This document shows, one piece after another, positions 21,068 through 30,321 of a stretch of DNA of 64,000 nucleotides (positions are counted from its first letter, which is position 1; each line of letters opens with the position of its first letter). The translations under genes were made by a program, and so were the position numbers. Where the stretch lies: NCBI GenBank assembly GCA_050010755.1, contig JBEKKK010000004.1, positions 32,001 through 96,000 on the forward strand, read 5' to 3'. The notes beneath the pieces were generated by a model that saw only the letters and a program-made list of their open reading frames with translations, was not told where the DNA came from and did not search any database. Origin of the DNA: Candidatus Bathyarchaeia archaeon. Lineage in GTDB: Archaea; Thermoproteota; Bathyarchaeia; Bathyarchaeales; Bathycorpusculaceae.

Positions 21068-21142
21068 GGGCGGGTAGATCAGCCTGGCATGATCGCCACG
21101 TTGGCATCGTGGAGGTCCCGGGTTCAAATCCCGGCCCGTCCA
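21068..21142 (+). tRNA. tRNA-Ala(GGC)
   Basis: Cloverleaf; CCACG-TTGGCAT-CGTGG anticodon arm; G3:U70 identity pair; TTCAAAT T-loop; CCA not encoded. Confidence 0.95.
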
Positions 21143-21317
21143 CAAAGATTCTTCTTAAAAATCCTTACTAAGTTCTTTTCTTACTCTATTTATGAATATC
21201 ACTGAAAGAAACGTCTGAGAGTCAGAGGAAAGAGTATTTTGGAATACTATTTATTTTCCTCACAATTGTGTGCGAGGAGCGACGACAAAGACCGCATAAA
21301 AACAGCGCGTTCTGAGT

Positions 21318-21896
21318 TCATTTTCTGTAATTTTCAGTTACTTCTAATATTCCTCTCTTGCCAACAGCGAAGACCAAGTTCACGTCTTTGTTCCATTCTT
21401 TTGCGTACATCCATGGTTGGTTTATTCTTCTCTCAGTGGGGTCTACATGTACCCATATTCGGTCGAGCTGAACTTCGTTCCAAACGTGATCGCCTGCCGC
21501 TGCCGTTGACTTGTCATTAAGAGCGGAGCAATCGATGATTAATCGGCAAGTAAACGCGTTTGCTAGAAGCAAGCCGTTATAGAGGAGCGCGAACTCTCCG
21601 CACCTTCCCTTGGATTGTTTGATGATATCCATCGGCATCTCTGCTCTCTGCTTAGGCAGCTCTCCTCTTGTGTATTCGAGATGGCGATGCTCCCAATTCA
21701 GAGAAGACTTCCAATCCAAATCTTCGAGGGGGTCTTTCAGAACAGTCCTAGCGAACTGCTTCAAATTCTTCAAATATTCAGGTTTTGCCATTTTATGATA
21801 GCGTTCTCTGTAGACGTTGACCACCTTTGGATAGCCGCGTTCTCGAGTCCTAGACATATTTACCGTTCTGACAACACAGAGATTCCTTTTCAGCAT
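21318..21896 (-). CDS. Transglutaminase-fold cysteine hydrolase resembling the peptide:N-glycanase (PNGase/NGLY1) catalytic core
   Basis: KGRCGEF...DHVWNEV...WVHVDP...QPWMYAKEWNK; Cys-His-Asp triad. Confidence 0.75.
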   Translation of the reverse strand: MLKRNLCVVRTVNMSRTRERGYPKVVNVYRERYHKMAKPEYLKNLKQFARTVLKDPLEDLDWKSSLNWEHRHLEYTRGELPKQRAEMPMDIIKQSKGRCGEFALLYNGLLLANAFTCRLIIDCSALNDKSTAAAGDHVWNEVQLDRIWVHVDPTERRINQPWMYAKEWNKDVNLVFAVGKRGILEVTENYRK

Positions 21897-21974
21897 TGCT
21901 CATCTGAAATATGAACTTGAGGTCTCTCAACCATCATGCTTTCAAGATATGGGGCTTAGCTGGACCTTGAAAAA

Positions 21975-23603
21975 TCATTTGCATTCTGTGTCCAGTGCCC
22001 AGCTGAACTTCTTCCTCAGCGTCTTTGGGTAGAGCTTGCCCACTGGAAAGTTCATTCTGCAGGCCCATTTCACGTATACCATTGGGTCGATGTATGACTT
22101 TAGTGAAGTTCCCAAATTATACTCTTGTGTTTCCTTGGTTAATACCACGTCAAGCTTCGCTTTTTCCAAGGTTCTGATTGAAGCTTCGGTTTTCTTTCCC
22201 TCTCTCTCTTTTTCCTTCAGTTTCATTTCGAGCTCCGCCACCCTCGCTTCCTTCTTCTTTAGCCTTTCATCGAAGTTAGGCGGTATCTTCCGCTTGTGAT
22301 TGGCAACCTTTGCGGCTTCCAGATTTGCCTTCTTGGCGCAAAATTGTTTTTGGTAGTCAGCGTCCTCCTTCTTGACCCTGCATTCTTCTAGGCTTTTGCG
22401 AACGGTTTGTGTGCACCTCCAGGTTCTGAACACCTTGGCCGTCAACCCTTCCATCTTCTGAGAGAGAAATCTGGACACTTTCCTGGAGTTTATTCCCTCG
22501 AATAGGTATTCGCTGTTCTGCTTCGAGAATTCCCGAATGTTCCTAATGACCAGCGCAGGAGCTTCAATTTTCTTTTCCCATCTCACACAGTCTTTCCCCA
22601 AAAAGTCAAATTTGAGCATGTCGCCCTCCACCTTGATGTGCTCAGGCCTCAATGTTACGGCCCCAACCGTGTCCGCTTCTCCTGGATCCTTTTCGTCTCC
22701 AACCCTTATGTTGACTTTGAGAATGAGCCAGCACACGGTTGCTATTTTTCTTCTCTCCAAGTCTTCGGAGTCCAGGCGCTTCATTATGTGTTCTTCTACT
22801 TTCGGAATCTCTTTGTCAAGTTTCTCCGCTTTCTTGAACTTTTCTTTCTCCATCTTCTGTTTCAGAAAAGCAGAATCCGAGAACCACACGTACTTCATCT
22901 TTCCGGTCAGCTTGTCCTCCCATTTGGCGATGTACATCTTCTCTGGTTCCCAAACTAGCTCCTTCCATCTTCCGTCTGGTCTATTGTTCTTGATGGAGAG
23001 GTTGAGTATGATATCTTCTTCTCTTGGACCTTGTTTCCATTTTCCTCTTCGGGGGTGGTCTCCTCTTCCCGCAAAAATGCATGAGGGCTCAGCCGTCCAG
23101 TTTGCGATCTCCAACTTTCTTTCATCAACTGTTGCGTAGCCGAACCTTTCCCTCAAACTCTCCCTTCGCACTTTTCTCTCTGCAGCTAGCTTTTTCTTCT
23201 CTTCCTTTGTCAAGCTCAGCTTCTTCTGTTGCTCTCTAACCACATAATCTGTGACTATTGAGAAATCGACTTCAGGATCATCCTTAAGTCTTCCATTAAT
23301 CATCCATTCTTCGTCTTTCCTTTCTAGGACTTTAACGTGGTTTATCGTGAACTCTTCTAGAGAACTATTGGAAGGGTTTTCCGCGGTCAGTTTTTTTAGA
23401 AAATCTTCGCCGAAGTTTCTGTAGAAAAGCTTGTCCGGGGGAGAGGTGAGTGAGAGTTTTTTTCTAGCCCAAGCAATGGCCATCTGTTCAGTCTCAGGGC
23501 TGAGCTTCAGAGTTTGCCCATGCACTTTGACTGAAAGCCCTTGATACTCATAGGTTGGAACGTAAATTCCATTGTGCTTGAGACTTTTCATGCGGTACTT
23601 CAT
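21975..23603 (-). CDS. DNA topoisomerase IB (eukaryote-like)
   Basis: LKHNG, GRGDHP.RG, IRVGDEKD...ADTVG, FLGKD, KVFRT, ANH, KSYIDP give the full R-K-R-H-Y pentad; start set at MKYRM. Confidence 0.95.
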   Translation of the reverse strand: MKYRMKSLKHNGIYVPTYEYQGLSVKVHGQTLKLSPETEQMAIAWARKKLSLTSPPDKLFYRNFGEDFLKKLTAENPSNSSLEEFTINHVKVLERKDEEWMINGRLKDDPEVDFSIVTDYVVREQQKKLSLTKEEKKKLAAERKVRRESLRERFGYATVDERKLEIANWTAEPSCIFAGRGDHPRRGKWKQGPREEDIILNLSIKNNRPDGRWKELVWEPEKMYIAKWEDKLTGKMKYVWFSDSAFLKQKMEKEKFKKAEKLDKEIPKVEEHIMKRLDSEDLERRKIATVCWLILKVNIRVGDEKDPGEADTVGAVTLRPEHIKVEGDMLKFDFLGKDCVRWEKKIEAPALVIRNIREFSKQNSEYLFEGINSRKVSRFLSQKMEGLTAKVFRTWRCTQTVRKSLEECRVKKEDADYQKQFCAKKANLEAAKVANHKRKIPPNFDERLKKKEARVAELEMKLKEKEREGKKTEASIRTLEKAKLDVVLTKETQEYNLGTSLKSYIDPMVYVKWACRMNFPVGKLYPKTLRKKFSWALDTECK

Positions 23604-23610
23604 TTGACTT

Positions 23611-24018
23611 TCAACGCTCGCTAAAGGCTTGCTTTCTGGATGCCCGTTGTTTCTTAAATGTTCTGTGCAGGCTTTCAACTATTTCGTGGTCTATGTACCC
23701 CTTGTGCGGGCGGAACCCACCGGTGAAACCATTGGGAATGTGAAGCAGTTCGTGAATGATTGCCTTTTCCCTGTCCTCGACGCTCAACTTGTCGTACCGC
23801 TCAGATATTACTTCTATCACGTAGGAGGGCGGATGGTTAAGTGTCTCTTGCCATATTCTGCCATATCCATGAATTCGAGCAATGGTGCGTCTGGACTCGG
23901 ATCCTCTACTCCTGACGCAGAACACGAACTGCTGGACGACGTGGAAAAAGTCCAAGCTGTCTGCAATTTCGTCCGCAAGTTTCTTAACGTCTGGGGCCTC
24001 TGAATACTCAATTGGCAC
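23611..24018 (-). CDS. Small HEXXH zinc metallopeptidase (putative phage-metallopeptidase/SprT-like)
   Basis: RS.GS...IARIHG, YVIEVISE, IIHELLHIP..F.GGFRPH. Confidence 0.8.
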   Translation of the reverse strand: MPIEYSEAPDVKKLADEIADSLDFFHVVQQFVFCVRSRGSESRRTIARIHGYGRIWQETLNHPPSYVIEVISERYDKLSVEDREKAIIHELLHIPNGFTGGFRPHKGYIDHEIVESLHRTFKKQRASRKQAFSER

Positions 24019-24062
24019 AGTAATCGCCTAATCCATAGGTCATTCGTTCGTCGCTTGGACAT

Positions 24063-24599
24063 TCAGGTATTTCTGGCTCTTGCAATAGCGAGAAAGATTG
24101 CCCTAGCAATTAAGGAAATGCCGATGAACATTATTGCCGCAGCCCAAAACTGAAACCATTTCGTAACGTCGATCGAGGACGTTTGCGTAGGTGCAACAAG
24201 AAACGTTTGAATCAAATACGTTGCACCCAGCCAAAACACGATGTCACCGACGTTCTCAGCCTTTCTGCGCAAAGGTGAATCCAATAGGAATCTTGCTCCC
24301 AGCATCGCGATGAGAAAAACTCCCCACACTAAGCTGAACTCTCGTGCAGCCAAATACACGTCTAAATGGTCCCCAAGATGTTCGGGTGCAGGAAGGTATA
24401 CGTTTGTGCTGCCAACCTGAACTACATGGAAATGACTGAGAAACGTGCTCACCTTGTCGAGAAGGTTGGGTGTCGTTATGAACAATGTGCCCACAAGAAT
24501 TAGAAAAAACCCTACGGAAACAGCGCTGAGTAGTCCTTCGTAATGTCTATGCATATAGTCTCTAGAATCTTGATGCAATTTACCTGCCTCTGTCCACAA
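24063..24599 (-). CDS. Hypothetical membrane protein (~4 TM)
   Basis: Four hydrophobic segments. Confidence 0.65.
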   Translation of the reverse strand: MWTEAGKLHQDSRDYMHRHYEGLLSAVSVGFFLILVGTLFITTPNLLDKVSTFLSHFHVVQVGSTNVYLPAPEHLGDHLDVYLAAREFSLVWGVFLIAMLGARFLLDSPLRRKAENVGDIVFWLGATYLIQTFLVAPTQTSSIDVTKWFQFWAAAIMFIGISLIARAIFLAIARARNT

Positions 24600-24701
24600 T
24601 GTTCTTTATGATTCTATATAACATTTTTCAGCCTTCTTTGAGTAGAAATGTTTTAAATACTCAAAATCAAGATAACTGCAGATGCATCCAAGGGGAAGAG
24701 T

Positions 24702-25091
24702 ATGTCGTATTGTCCAAAGTGTGGCAGCAAAGTAGAGGAAGGGATGAGCTTCTGCCCAAAATGTGGAGCTCCGCTTAACGTCGAAAACGTCTCTAGTGTC
24801 CCTCCTGCGCCCGCACCAACATACCGCCGAGACGAAAAGACAGAAGAGAAATCTGAGAAACATGAGAAACGAGAGAAGAACGAGAAGTACGAGAAGCATG
24901 AGTACGGCTTCATGGGTCCGCTCATAGGCGGTGTGATTTTACTTTTCATTGGTGCCGCTTTGTATCTAAATTCCATAAATTATAATGTCGCAGTGCTGTG
25001 GGCCCTGTTCTTTGTCTTGATCGGAGTACTCATAGTCGTCGCTAGCATCTACGGTGTAATAATGGCCAGTCGCAGGCATCCGAGAACCTAG
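24702..25091 (+). CDS. Zinc-ribbon plus 2-TM membrane protein
   Basis: YCPKCG...FCPKCG, EK-rich linker, two TM helices. Confidence 0.8.
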   Translation: MSYCPKCGSKVEEGMSFCPKCGAPLNVENVSSVPPAPAPTYRRDEKTEEKSEKHEKREKNEKYEKHEYGFMGPLIGGVILLFIGAALYLNSINYNVAVLWALFFVLIGVLIVVASIYGVIMASRRHPRT

Positions 25092-26230
25092 GTGAACCCC
25101 CCGAAAAGCAACCGATATAGTCGATGTTCCAAGACGGTCCATGTTTTGTCTCTGCCAAAAACGCGGAAGTAGTTTTTGCCAGCGGATTCCACCAGATCGC
25201 CGATTCGGTATCTCGGAAGAATACACGAAGACACGACCAAACGTCCCCACTCGCCGCGGTTGAGTTCATGTAGCATTTTCGTGCCTTTGCCAGTTTCGAC
25301 TTCGAGAAAGTAGGTGTCATAATTTGGCGTAACGTATGGCAACTCGTCCAGCTGCTGTGCAAAAACGCCTTCGGTTGCGCTGTAGATTTCAACGACAGGA
25401 ACCTGTCCGAAGTATTTCTTTAGCACGGGCGCATATTTGAACTGGATTTTCCGCACGCTTGTACAAAAAAGAGCCCGCAGATTCCACAGTTCCTTGGGTT
25501 TCTTCCCATGTTTTTTGTTAACATATCTCGCGAAAGAAAGAATTACTGGAGTGACTCCTATGGCGGCAGTCACGTTCACGCTGAGTGCTTGTTGATACGT
25601 AAGTTCGAACCTTTTTTCCCAGTCTTGCCTCTTGATTCCTGTGCCCAGAGCGTCAATGTCTTCTTGACGAGGAATAAGACTTACGGAGTCAAGCGCGGGG
25701 TTGAGTCTGGCATAGGTGCCTGAGCTGTATCCGTAGCTCATCATACTTCCGTCAACGATCATAGTGTGAACGTTGGAAGGAAAGTTGAGGTTCAGAATTC
25801 TTCCATCAAGAAGTTCAAAATCATTGGTTCGCAACACGTGATTGACGAGTCCTCTTGCTCCGCAAGTGAAGATTTGTTCCAGATGCGTCTTTGTGGCAGG
25901 CAACACTTTTGCAGGGCCTGTTGAACCTCTCGTCATGACCCAGCATGCTAATGGCTCGGGAAGAATCGCGCTATAATTGCCCTTCTTGATCTCAGCCAAG
26001 AGCGGCCGAAGCCTCAGGTATTCCAAGGCTGGGAAATTCTTCCTGTAATCCTCGATTTCCAACGTTTCGGATGCGCCGTGGCTTTCTCCGTAACCAGTCT
26101 TTTGATATTCCCTCAACAGCCTAGACAGGACTTCTCTTTGAGCCTCCTGAGGATTCTTCAAAGACGCGTACCATGGGCCAATAATTGGCTTGAAAATGCC
26201 GAGGCTGCCCTTCTTTCTGGTAGATAGCAT
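25088..26230 (-). CDS. GH3 (auxin-responsive acyl-adenylate amido synthetase) family protein
   Basis: PQEAQ..VL..LL, T.GSTG..K.LP.T, EIYSATEG, LPRYRIGDLV. Confidence 0.8.
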   Translation of the reverse strand: MLSTRKKGSLGIFKPIIGPWYASLKNPQEAQREVLSRLLREYQKTGYGESHGASETLEIEDYRKNFPALEYLRLRPLLAEIKKGNYSAILPEPLACWVMTRGSTGPAKVLPATKTHLEQIFTCGARGLVNHVLRTNDFELLDGRILNLNFPSNVHTMIVDGSMMSYGYSSGTYARLNPALDSVSLIPRQEDIDALGTGIKRQDWEKRFELTYQQALSVNVTAAIGVTPVILSFARYVNKKHGKKPKELWNLRALFCTSVRKIQFKYAPVLKKYFGQVPVVEIYSATEGVFAQQLDELPYVTPNYDTYFLEVETGKGTKMLHELNRGEWGRLVVSSCILPRYRIGDLVESAGKNYFRVFGRDKTWTVLEHRLYRLLFGGFT

Positions 26231-26356
26231 TATCGCTCAAGCGACATTCTGGTTGCTCGACTTATTAGTTCTTTTGACCGGATAAAAATGGATGTTGAGC
26301 TGCATACCGATTGAGAACAGAATAGTTGGAATCCAAGGGTGCGCTCCATATAGTAG

Positions 26357-26429
26357 TAGCCCGGGAGAGATTCGAACTCTCGTCAGCGGCTCCAGAGGCC
26401 GCCATGTTTGACCACTGCACCACCGGGCT
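26357..26429 (-). tRNA. tRNA-Gln(CTG)
   Basis: AGCCCGG/CCGGGCT acceptor stem (A1-U72); GCGGC-CTCTGGA-GCCGC anticodon arm. Confidence 0.95.
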
Positions 26430-26499
26430 CTGTTCAATGAAATAGAGACTGGTCTTTCTTTATAATAACTTTAACGTTGGGAGTCGAAGGAATGACCCG

Positions 26500-26706
26500 T
26501 TATTTTCTTTTCATTGTCGCATCGCTGATGCAGTTGCATTCTTGAGCACTCGGGTAGTAGTCTTCGCAGCATGAGAGTGTCTGAACTATTGGATCTTTGT
26601 TCTTCAAGAATCGTCTCGTGCAGAATATTTGATCTGGATAGTTGTAGGCGTTATGACTAGTGCAGTTTCCGCAGACCTTACGCTTGTTCGAAGCTTTATT
26701 GTTCAT
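26500..26706 (-). CDS. Small Cys-rich putative metal-binding protein
   Basis: CGNCTSH...C...CC...CNC in 68 aa; start overlaps the dys stop. Confidence 0.6.
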   Translation of the reverse strand: MNNKASNKRKVCGNCTSHNAYNYPDQIFCTRRFLKNKDPIVQTLSCCEDYYPSAQECNCISDATMKRK

Positions 26707-27727
26707 TCAGATCCTCCTGTTTGAACATTTCATTTCTTGCCCTTGGCGGTCTCTTGAAACCTTCACCGAGCCGTTCAATCACAGAGGCTACCATCGTGGG
26801 AAAAACCATCATGGCTTCGCCTATCACCATGGTCTTGTCTGATTCGCTCTTCAGTTTTCCCCAGCTTACCGTTTCTTCGAGTGTGGATCCGGACAGTCCT
26901 CCGGTTTCTGGTCGATCCATGGTTATCACGACGGCATAATCGATGCCTGATTTTGTTGCAAGTGCAGCGGATTGTATGGTGTTCCTCGGAACTCCGCCTC
27001 CTATAATCACCATGCCGTTTCTTGGAGATTTCTTGCACACATTGATTATCTCGGGCACATCTTTGAAAGCGTCGACCATTATCGTGTTCTTGAAGTGTTT
27101 CCGGGTGGCGTGAAGGTTATAGATATAGCCAAATTCGGAATCGCGCACGGCTGGGATGAAGATTGGCGCTTTGGCTTCGTACGCAGCGCGCAAAATTGAA
27201 TTCGGGTCTTTGAGTCTTCTGCCTAGTTCCCAAGCGAACTCTCTTGAGGACAAACTTTTTCCTCCGTATTCGGCCGCAATGGCGTCGTACATTTCCACGA
27301 GGTTCATGTCCAGCCTTATGAAGTCCTCCTCGGGCACGAAAACGTCGTAAATTCGGTAAGTGTGGTTCCTGTAGAGCAAATAGTCGTCAACGTTCCAATG
27401 ACCCTTATAATGATGACCACCCAACGCCTCAACCGTATCGTGAACCATGTTCGCGCCAGTTGTCACCAACACGTCGATGAGGTTTTCCCGTATCATATCC
27501 GCAATCAATGTTCGCATCCCAGCAGGGACTACAGCCCCAGCCAAGCCCAAAAAAACCGTGCATTTCTTGTCACGCACCATCCGCTCATAAATGTCACACG
27601 CAGCAGCGAGTCTTCCGGCCCCGAATGATCCTGAATTCTTGAACTGCTTGACAAGCTGGTCAACGGTGAGCGTCCCATTAATTTTCACGTGCTTCACTGG
27701 TTCTCGGAGTATCTCCTTCCTCTGCAT
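26696..27727 (-). CDS. dys: Deoxyhypusine synthase
   Basis: TGAN.VHD, PA..DS..G, GGGVPRN, GGLSGSTLEETVSWGK with the catalytic Lys. Confidence 0.93.
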   Translation of the reverse strand: MQRKEILREPVKHVKINGTLTVDQLVKQFKNSGSFGAGRLAAACDIYERMVRDKKCTVFLGLAGAVVPAGMRTLIADMIRENLIDVLVTTGANMVHDTVEALGGHHYKGHWNVDDYLLYRNHTYRIYDVFVPEEDFIRLDMNLVEMYDAIAAEYGGKSLSSREFAWELGRRLKDPNSILRAAYEAKAPIFIPAVRDSEFGYIYNLHATRKHFKNTIMVDAFKDVPEIINVCKKSPRNGMVIIGGGVPRNTIQSAALATKSGIDYAVVITMDRPETGGLSGSTLEETVSWGKLKSESDKTMVIGEAMMVFPTMVASVIERLGEGFKRPPRARNEMFKQEDLNEQ

Positions 27728-27844
27728 CAGAATACACGCTCAGAAACCAACTGTTTAGTCGATTAAGCACAAATATCTTTCCGTACTTTTTCCGAAACTA
27801 GAAGGTCAGGTTATTAAACTTCTGATCTTTTGCAATTCGAGTTT

Positions 27845-28078
27845 TCACAGCAACGCGAAATCAGCTGACTTGATTCTTCCTCTCGAGTCCAGAGTAACTT
27901 CGAATTTCTCAGCCCAAGGATGCCCCTCCAAGTCTATAGGGCACGTTCCCCGAACGATCCAGATTTCCTGTTTCTGCTCAACCGTAGAAACCTCGACCCT
28001 ATCAGTGAACTTCCTCTTCTTGAGAAGCTCAACCGTTATCTGCTCCGCTGCTTCCTTCGTAATGACATTATCCTTCAT
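27845..28078 (-). CDS. Small hypothetical protein (PepSY-like helix plus beta strands)
   Basis: 77 aa from MKDNV; ITKEAAEQI...WIVRG...KFEVTLD.RG. Confidence 0.55.
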   Translation of the reverse strand: MKDNVITKEAAEQITVELLKKRKFTDRVEVSTVEQKQEIWIVRGTCPIDLEGHPWAEKFEVTLDSRGRIKSADFALL

Positions 28079-28241
28079 TGCGGTTCCTCGGGCAAGGCAA
28101 ATCGCCTTACTGTTCCTTTTGGAAGCATTAAAGGTTGTGAATGTAAAATCTTTAATCTGGATACATAGCAATCTCACGCTACACGATTACTGTCATGCCT
28201 ACTAGATAGATTCAAATCGAACAGGTGTCGTTGGTAACTCA

Positions 28242-29345
28242 ATGGTATTTCAACCGGAGAAGGCACCAATTAGCGAAAGGAGAAGAATAATATTCCATTT
28301 TGACATGGACCATTTTTTCACTGCTATCGAGGAGAGAGAACATCCTGAACTCAAAGGCAAGCCAGTAATTGTTGGAGCTGATCCGAAGGGAGGAACTGGA
28401 AGGGGAGTCGTTAGCACCTCTAATTATCTAGCTAGGGAGTTCGGTGTCAGGTCAGGCATGCCTATCTCAAGAGCCTGGAAACTGTGTCCAAACGCGGTCT
28501 ACATGCCTGTCAACTACAAGCTCTACTCGGAAGTCTCAAGTAGAATCATGGACATACTTCGAAGGCACGCGGACAAGTTTGAACAATGGGGCATCGATGA
28601 AGCCTTTCTGGACGTTACGGCAAAAGTCAACGACTACGTCTCCGCGAAGGCTCTCGCCATGCACATAAAGCACGGAATCTACAGACAGGAAAAATTGACG
28701 TCCTCAGTTGGGATAGGCTCGAACAAGCTGGTAGCAAAGATAGCCAGCGACTTCCAAAAACCCGACGGCTTAACTCTAGTCAAAGAGGAAGACATCGGAA
28801 AATTCCTAGCTCCGTTGGCTGTTCGGAAACTACTCTGGGTTGGAAGAAAGACTGGACAAAAACTGGAAGACATGGGCATAAAGACTGTGGGAGATTTGGC
28901 CCATTATGACGCTCAAATGTTGACTGATGCTTTCGGCGTGATGGGAAAACAGCTTCATCTGATGGCCCTTGGAATAGATAAGAGCGAAGTCCGTGAAAGA
29001 AACTGGGTTAAATCCATAAGCCGTGAGTTTACCTTTCAAGAAGACACGGATGACCTGGACTCCATTTTGAGAAATCTTGACATGCTGGCTGAAGAAGTGA
29101 ATAAGGATGCTCTGAACCAGCGGCTTCAATTTAAGACCGTCACAGTTAAGGTTAGATACTCAAACTTCGAAACCCACACCCACAGCAAAACGCTTCCCTT
29201 CATCACAGACCGCTTAATCGACTTGGAAAGAGCAGCACGCGAGCTTCTTCAGCCATATCTTAAGCTCGAACGAAAAATCAGACTCATAGGCGTAAGAGTG
29301 TCAAGTTTAGTCTCAAGCGAAAAACAAAGAAGGCTTTTTCAATGA
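28242..29345 (+). CDS. dinB: DNA polymerase IV (Y family)
   Basis: HFDMDHFF, ST.NY.AR.FGV.SGM, IDEAFLD, AKIASD.QKPDG, RLIGV. Confidence 0.95.
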   Translation: MVFQPEKAPISERRRIIFHFDMDHFFTAIEEREHPELKGKPVIVGADPKGGTGRGVVSTSNYLAREFGVRSGMPISRAWKLCPNAVYMPVNYKLYSEVSSRIMDILRRHADKFEQWGIDEAFLDVTAKVNDYVSAKALAMHIKHGIYRQEKLTSSVGIGSNKLVAKIASDFQKPDGLTLVKEEDIGKFLAPLAVRKLLWVGRKTGQKLEDMGIKTVGDLAHYDAQMLTDAFGVMGKQLHLMALGIDKSEVRERNWVKSISREFTFQEDTDDLDSILRNLDMLAEEVNKDALNQRLQFKTVTVKVRYSNFETHTHSKTLPFITDRLIDLERAARELLQPYLKLERKIRLIGVRVSSLVSSEKQRRLFQ

Positions 29346-29899
29346 CCCTTTTTCTGTTGCCTAGTCTCAATCCTTCCCTTGACTCTTCGAATCTCGAGAA
29401 TGGGTTATCCGCATCCGAACAGGCGCCATGAACCAAGTCTTCGTCCTGAGCCCATGGAAAAGTCGCATCGTATCTCATCGCAAACAGGTGAATTAAATAA
29501 TTGGGGCCTTCCTGCAGATGAGCGATTGTACAGTGAGTTTAGATGTCGTTATGAGTGAGTTTTGAGTCTGAACAGAGCCTGCTGGCATGTCCATTCGCAA
29601 AACACAGTCTCCATCCAACTTAGTTCTGAAAAACTTTTTTTTCTCGCATCAAAAACCGCGCCCAAACTCAATGCTTCCCTTCTGTAATCTTTTCAGCATC
29701 CTAAATCACGCGCTCTTAACTTATTTAACAAGATCTGAGCACCTGGGAAGTAAGGTTGTCGAGGCACTGTTGCAAATGTCTTCGTTGAGTGATCTTCCGT
29801 CGAACAGTATTTTGTCACCCACCTTATACCTGAAAGCGCATTTCCCCTTTTGACTCAAAATCGCTACTTCAACCACGAATAAAACAATCTTCGAGTCAT
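29342..29899 (-). pseudogene. Disrupted TIGR04076-like gene interrupted by a ~260-bp insertion
   Basis: 5' part SQKGKCAFRYKVGDKILFDG...DIC...LLP (~29876-29746); 3' part FAMRYDATFPW...ACSDADNP (~29484-29400). Confidence 0.6.
29485..29745. mobile_element. Possible non-autonomous (MITE-like) insertion with degenerate terminal inverted repeats
   Basis: Left end CAGGTG-AA-TTAAATAA; right end TTATTTAA-(11 nt)-CACCTG; lies between the two halves of a gene. Confidence 0.35.
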
Positions 29900-29900
29900 T

Positions 29901-30179
29901 TCAGCTGCTGATATTGTATTTCTCCCTTATTCTTTCGTCAGCTATCTTTGCAATCATCGCATTTGAAATAAGCACGCATTTTACTCCGACCAGTTCAGCA
30001 AGCTCCGCCGGCTTTTGATCTTGGGTGACCAGCAGCATGTCATGAGCCCTTGCGTAATCAACAACAACTTTGTCACTTGCCCCCCTTAAGCCCACGTCTT
30101 GAGCTGCCTGCACGTCCCACCCCAAAGTCTCAAAGTATTCCTTCAAGCCAGCATACATCTCATCAAGCAAAAGCTTCAT
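29901..30179 (-). CDS. PIN-like protein (DUF5615 / Mut7-C N-terminal type)
   Basis: MKLLLDEM...G.DV...SD..VV..A....LLVT.D. Confidence 0.8.
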   Translation of the reverse strand: MKLLLDEMYAGLKEYFETLGWDVQAAQDVGLRGASDKVVVDYARAHDMLLVTQDQKPAELAELVGVKCVLISNAMIAKIADERIREKYNISS

Positions 30180-30321
30180 TGCAGTCACCACATGTGCTCT
30201 AGTCCAGGTTTCCGATATATAGACGCTTCCTCAGAAGCGCAGACCCTTGTTCCTAAATACAATTTAAAAGTTTGCAGCCTCTGCTATCGACAAATTGTCA
30301 AGTGGGCACCATTGTGCCAAA

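Noticed and set aside
21975-23603. TopoIB as a novelty in itself
   Set aside because: Type IB topoisomerases are already known in Thaumarchaeota and related lineages; only the gene context is flagged
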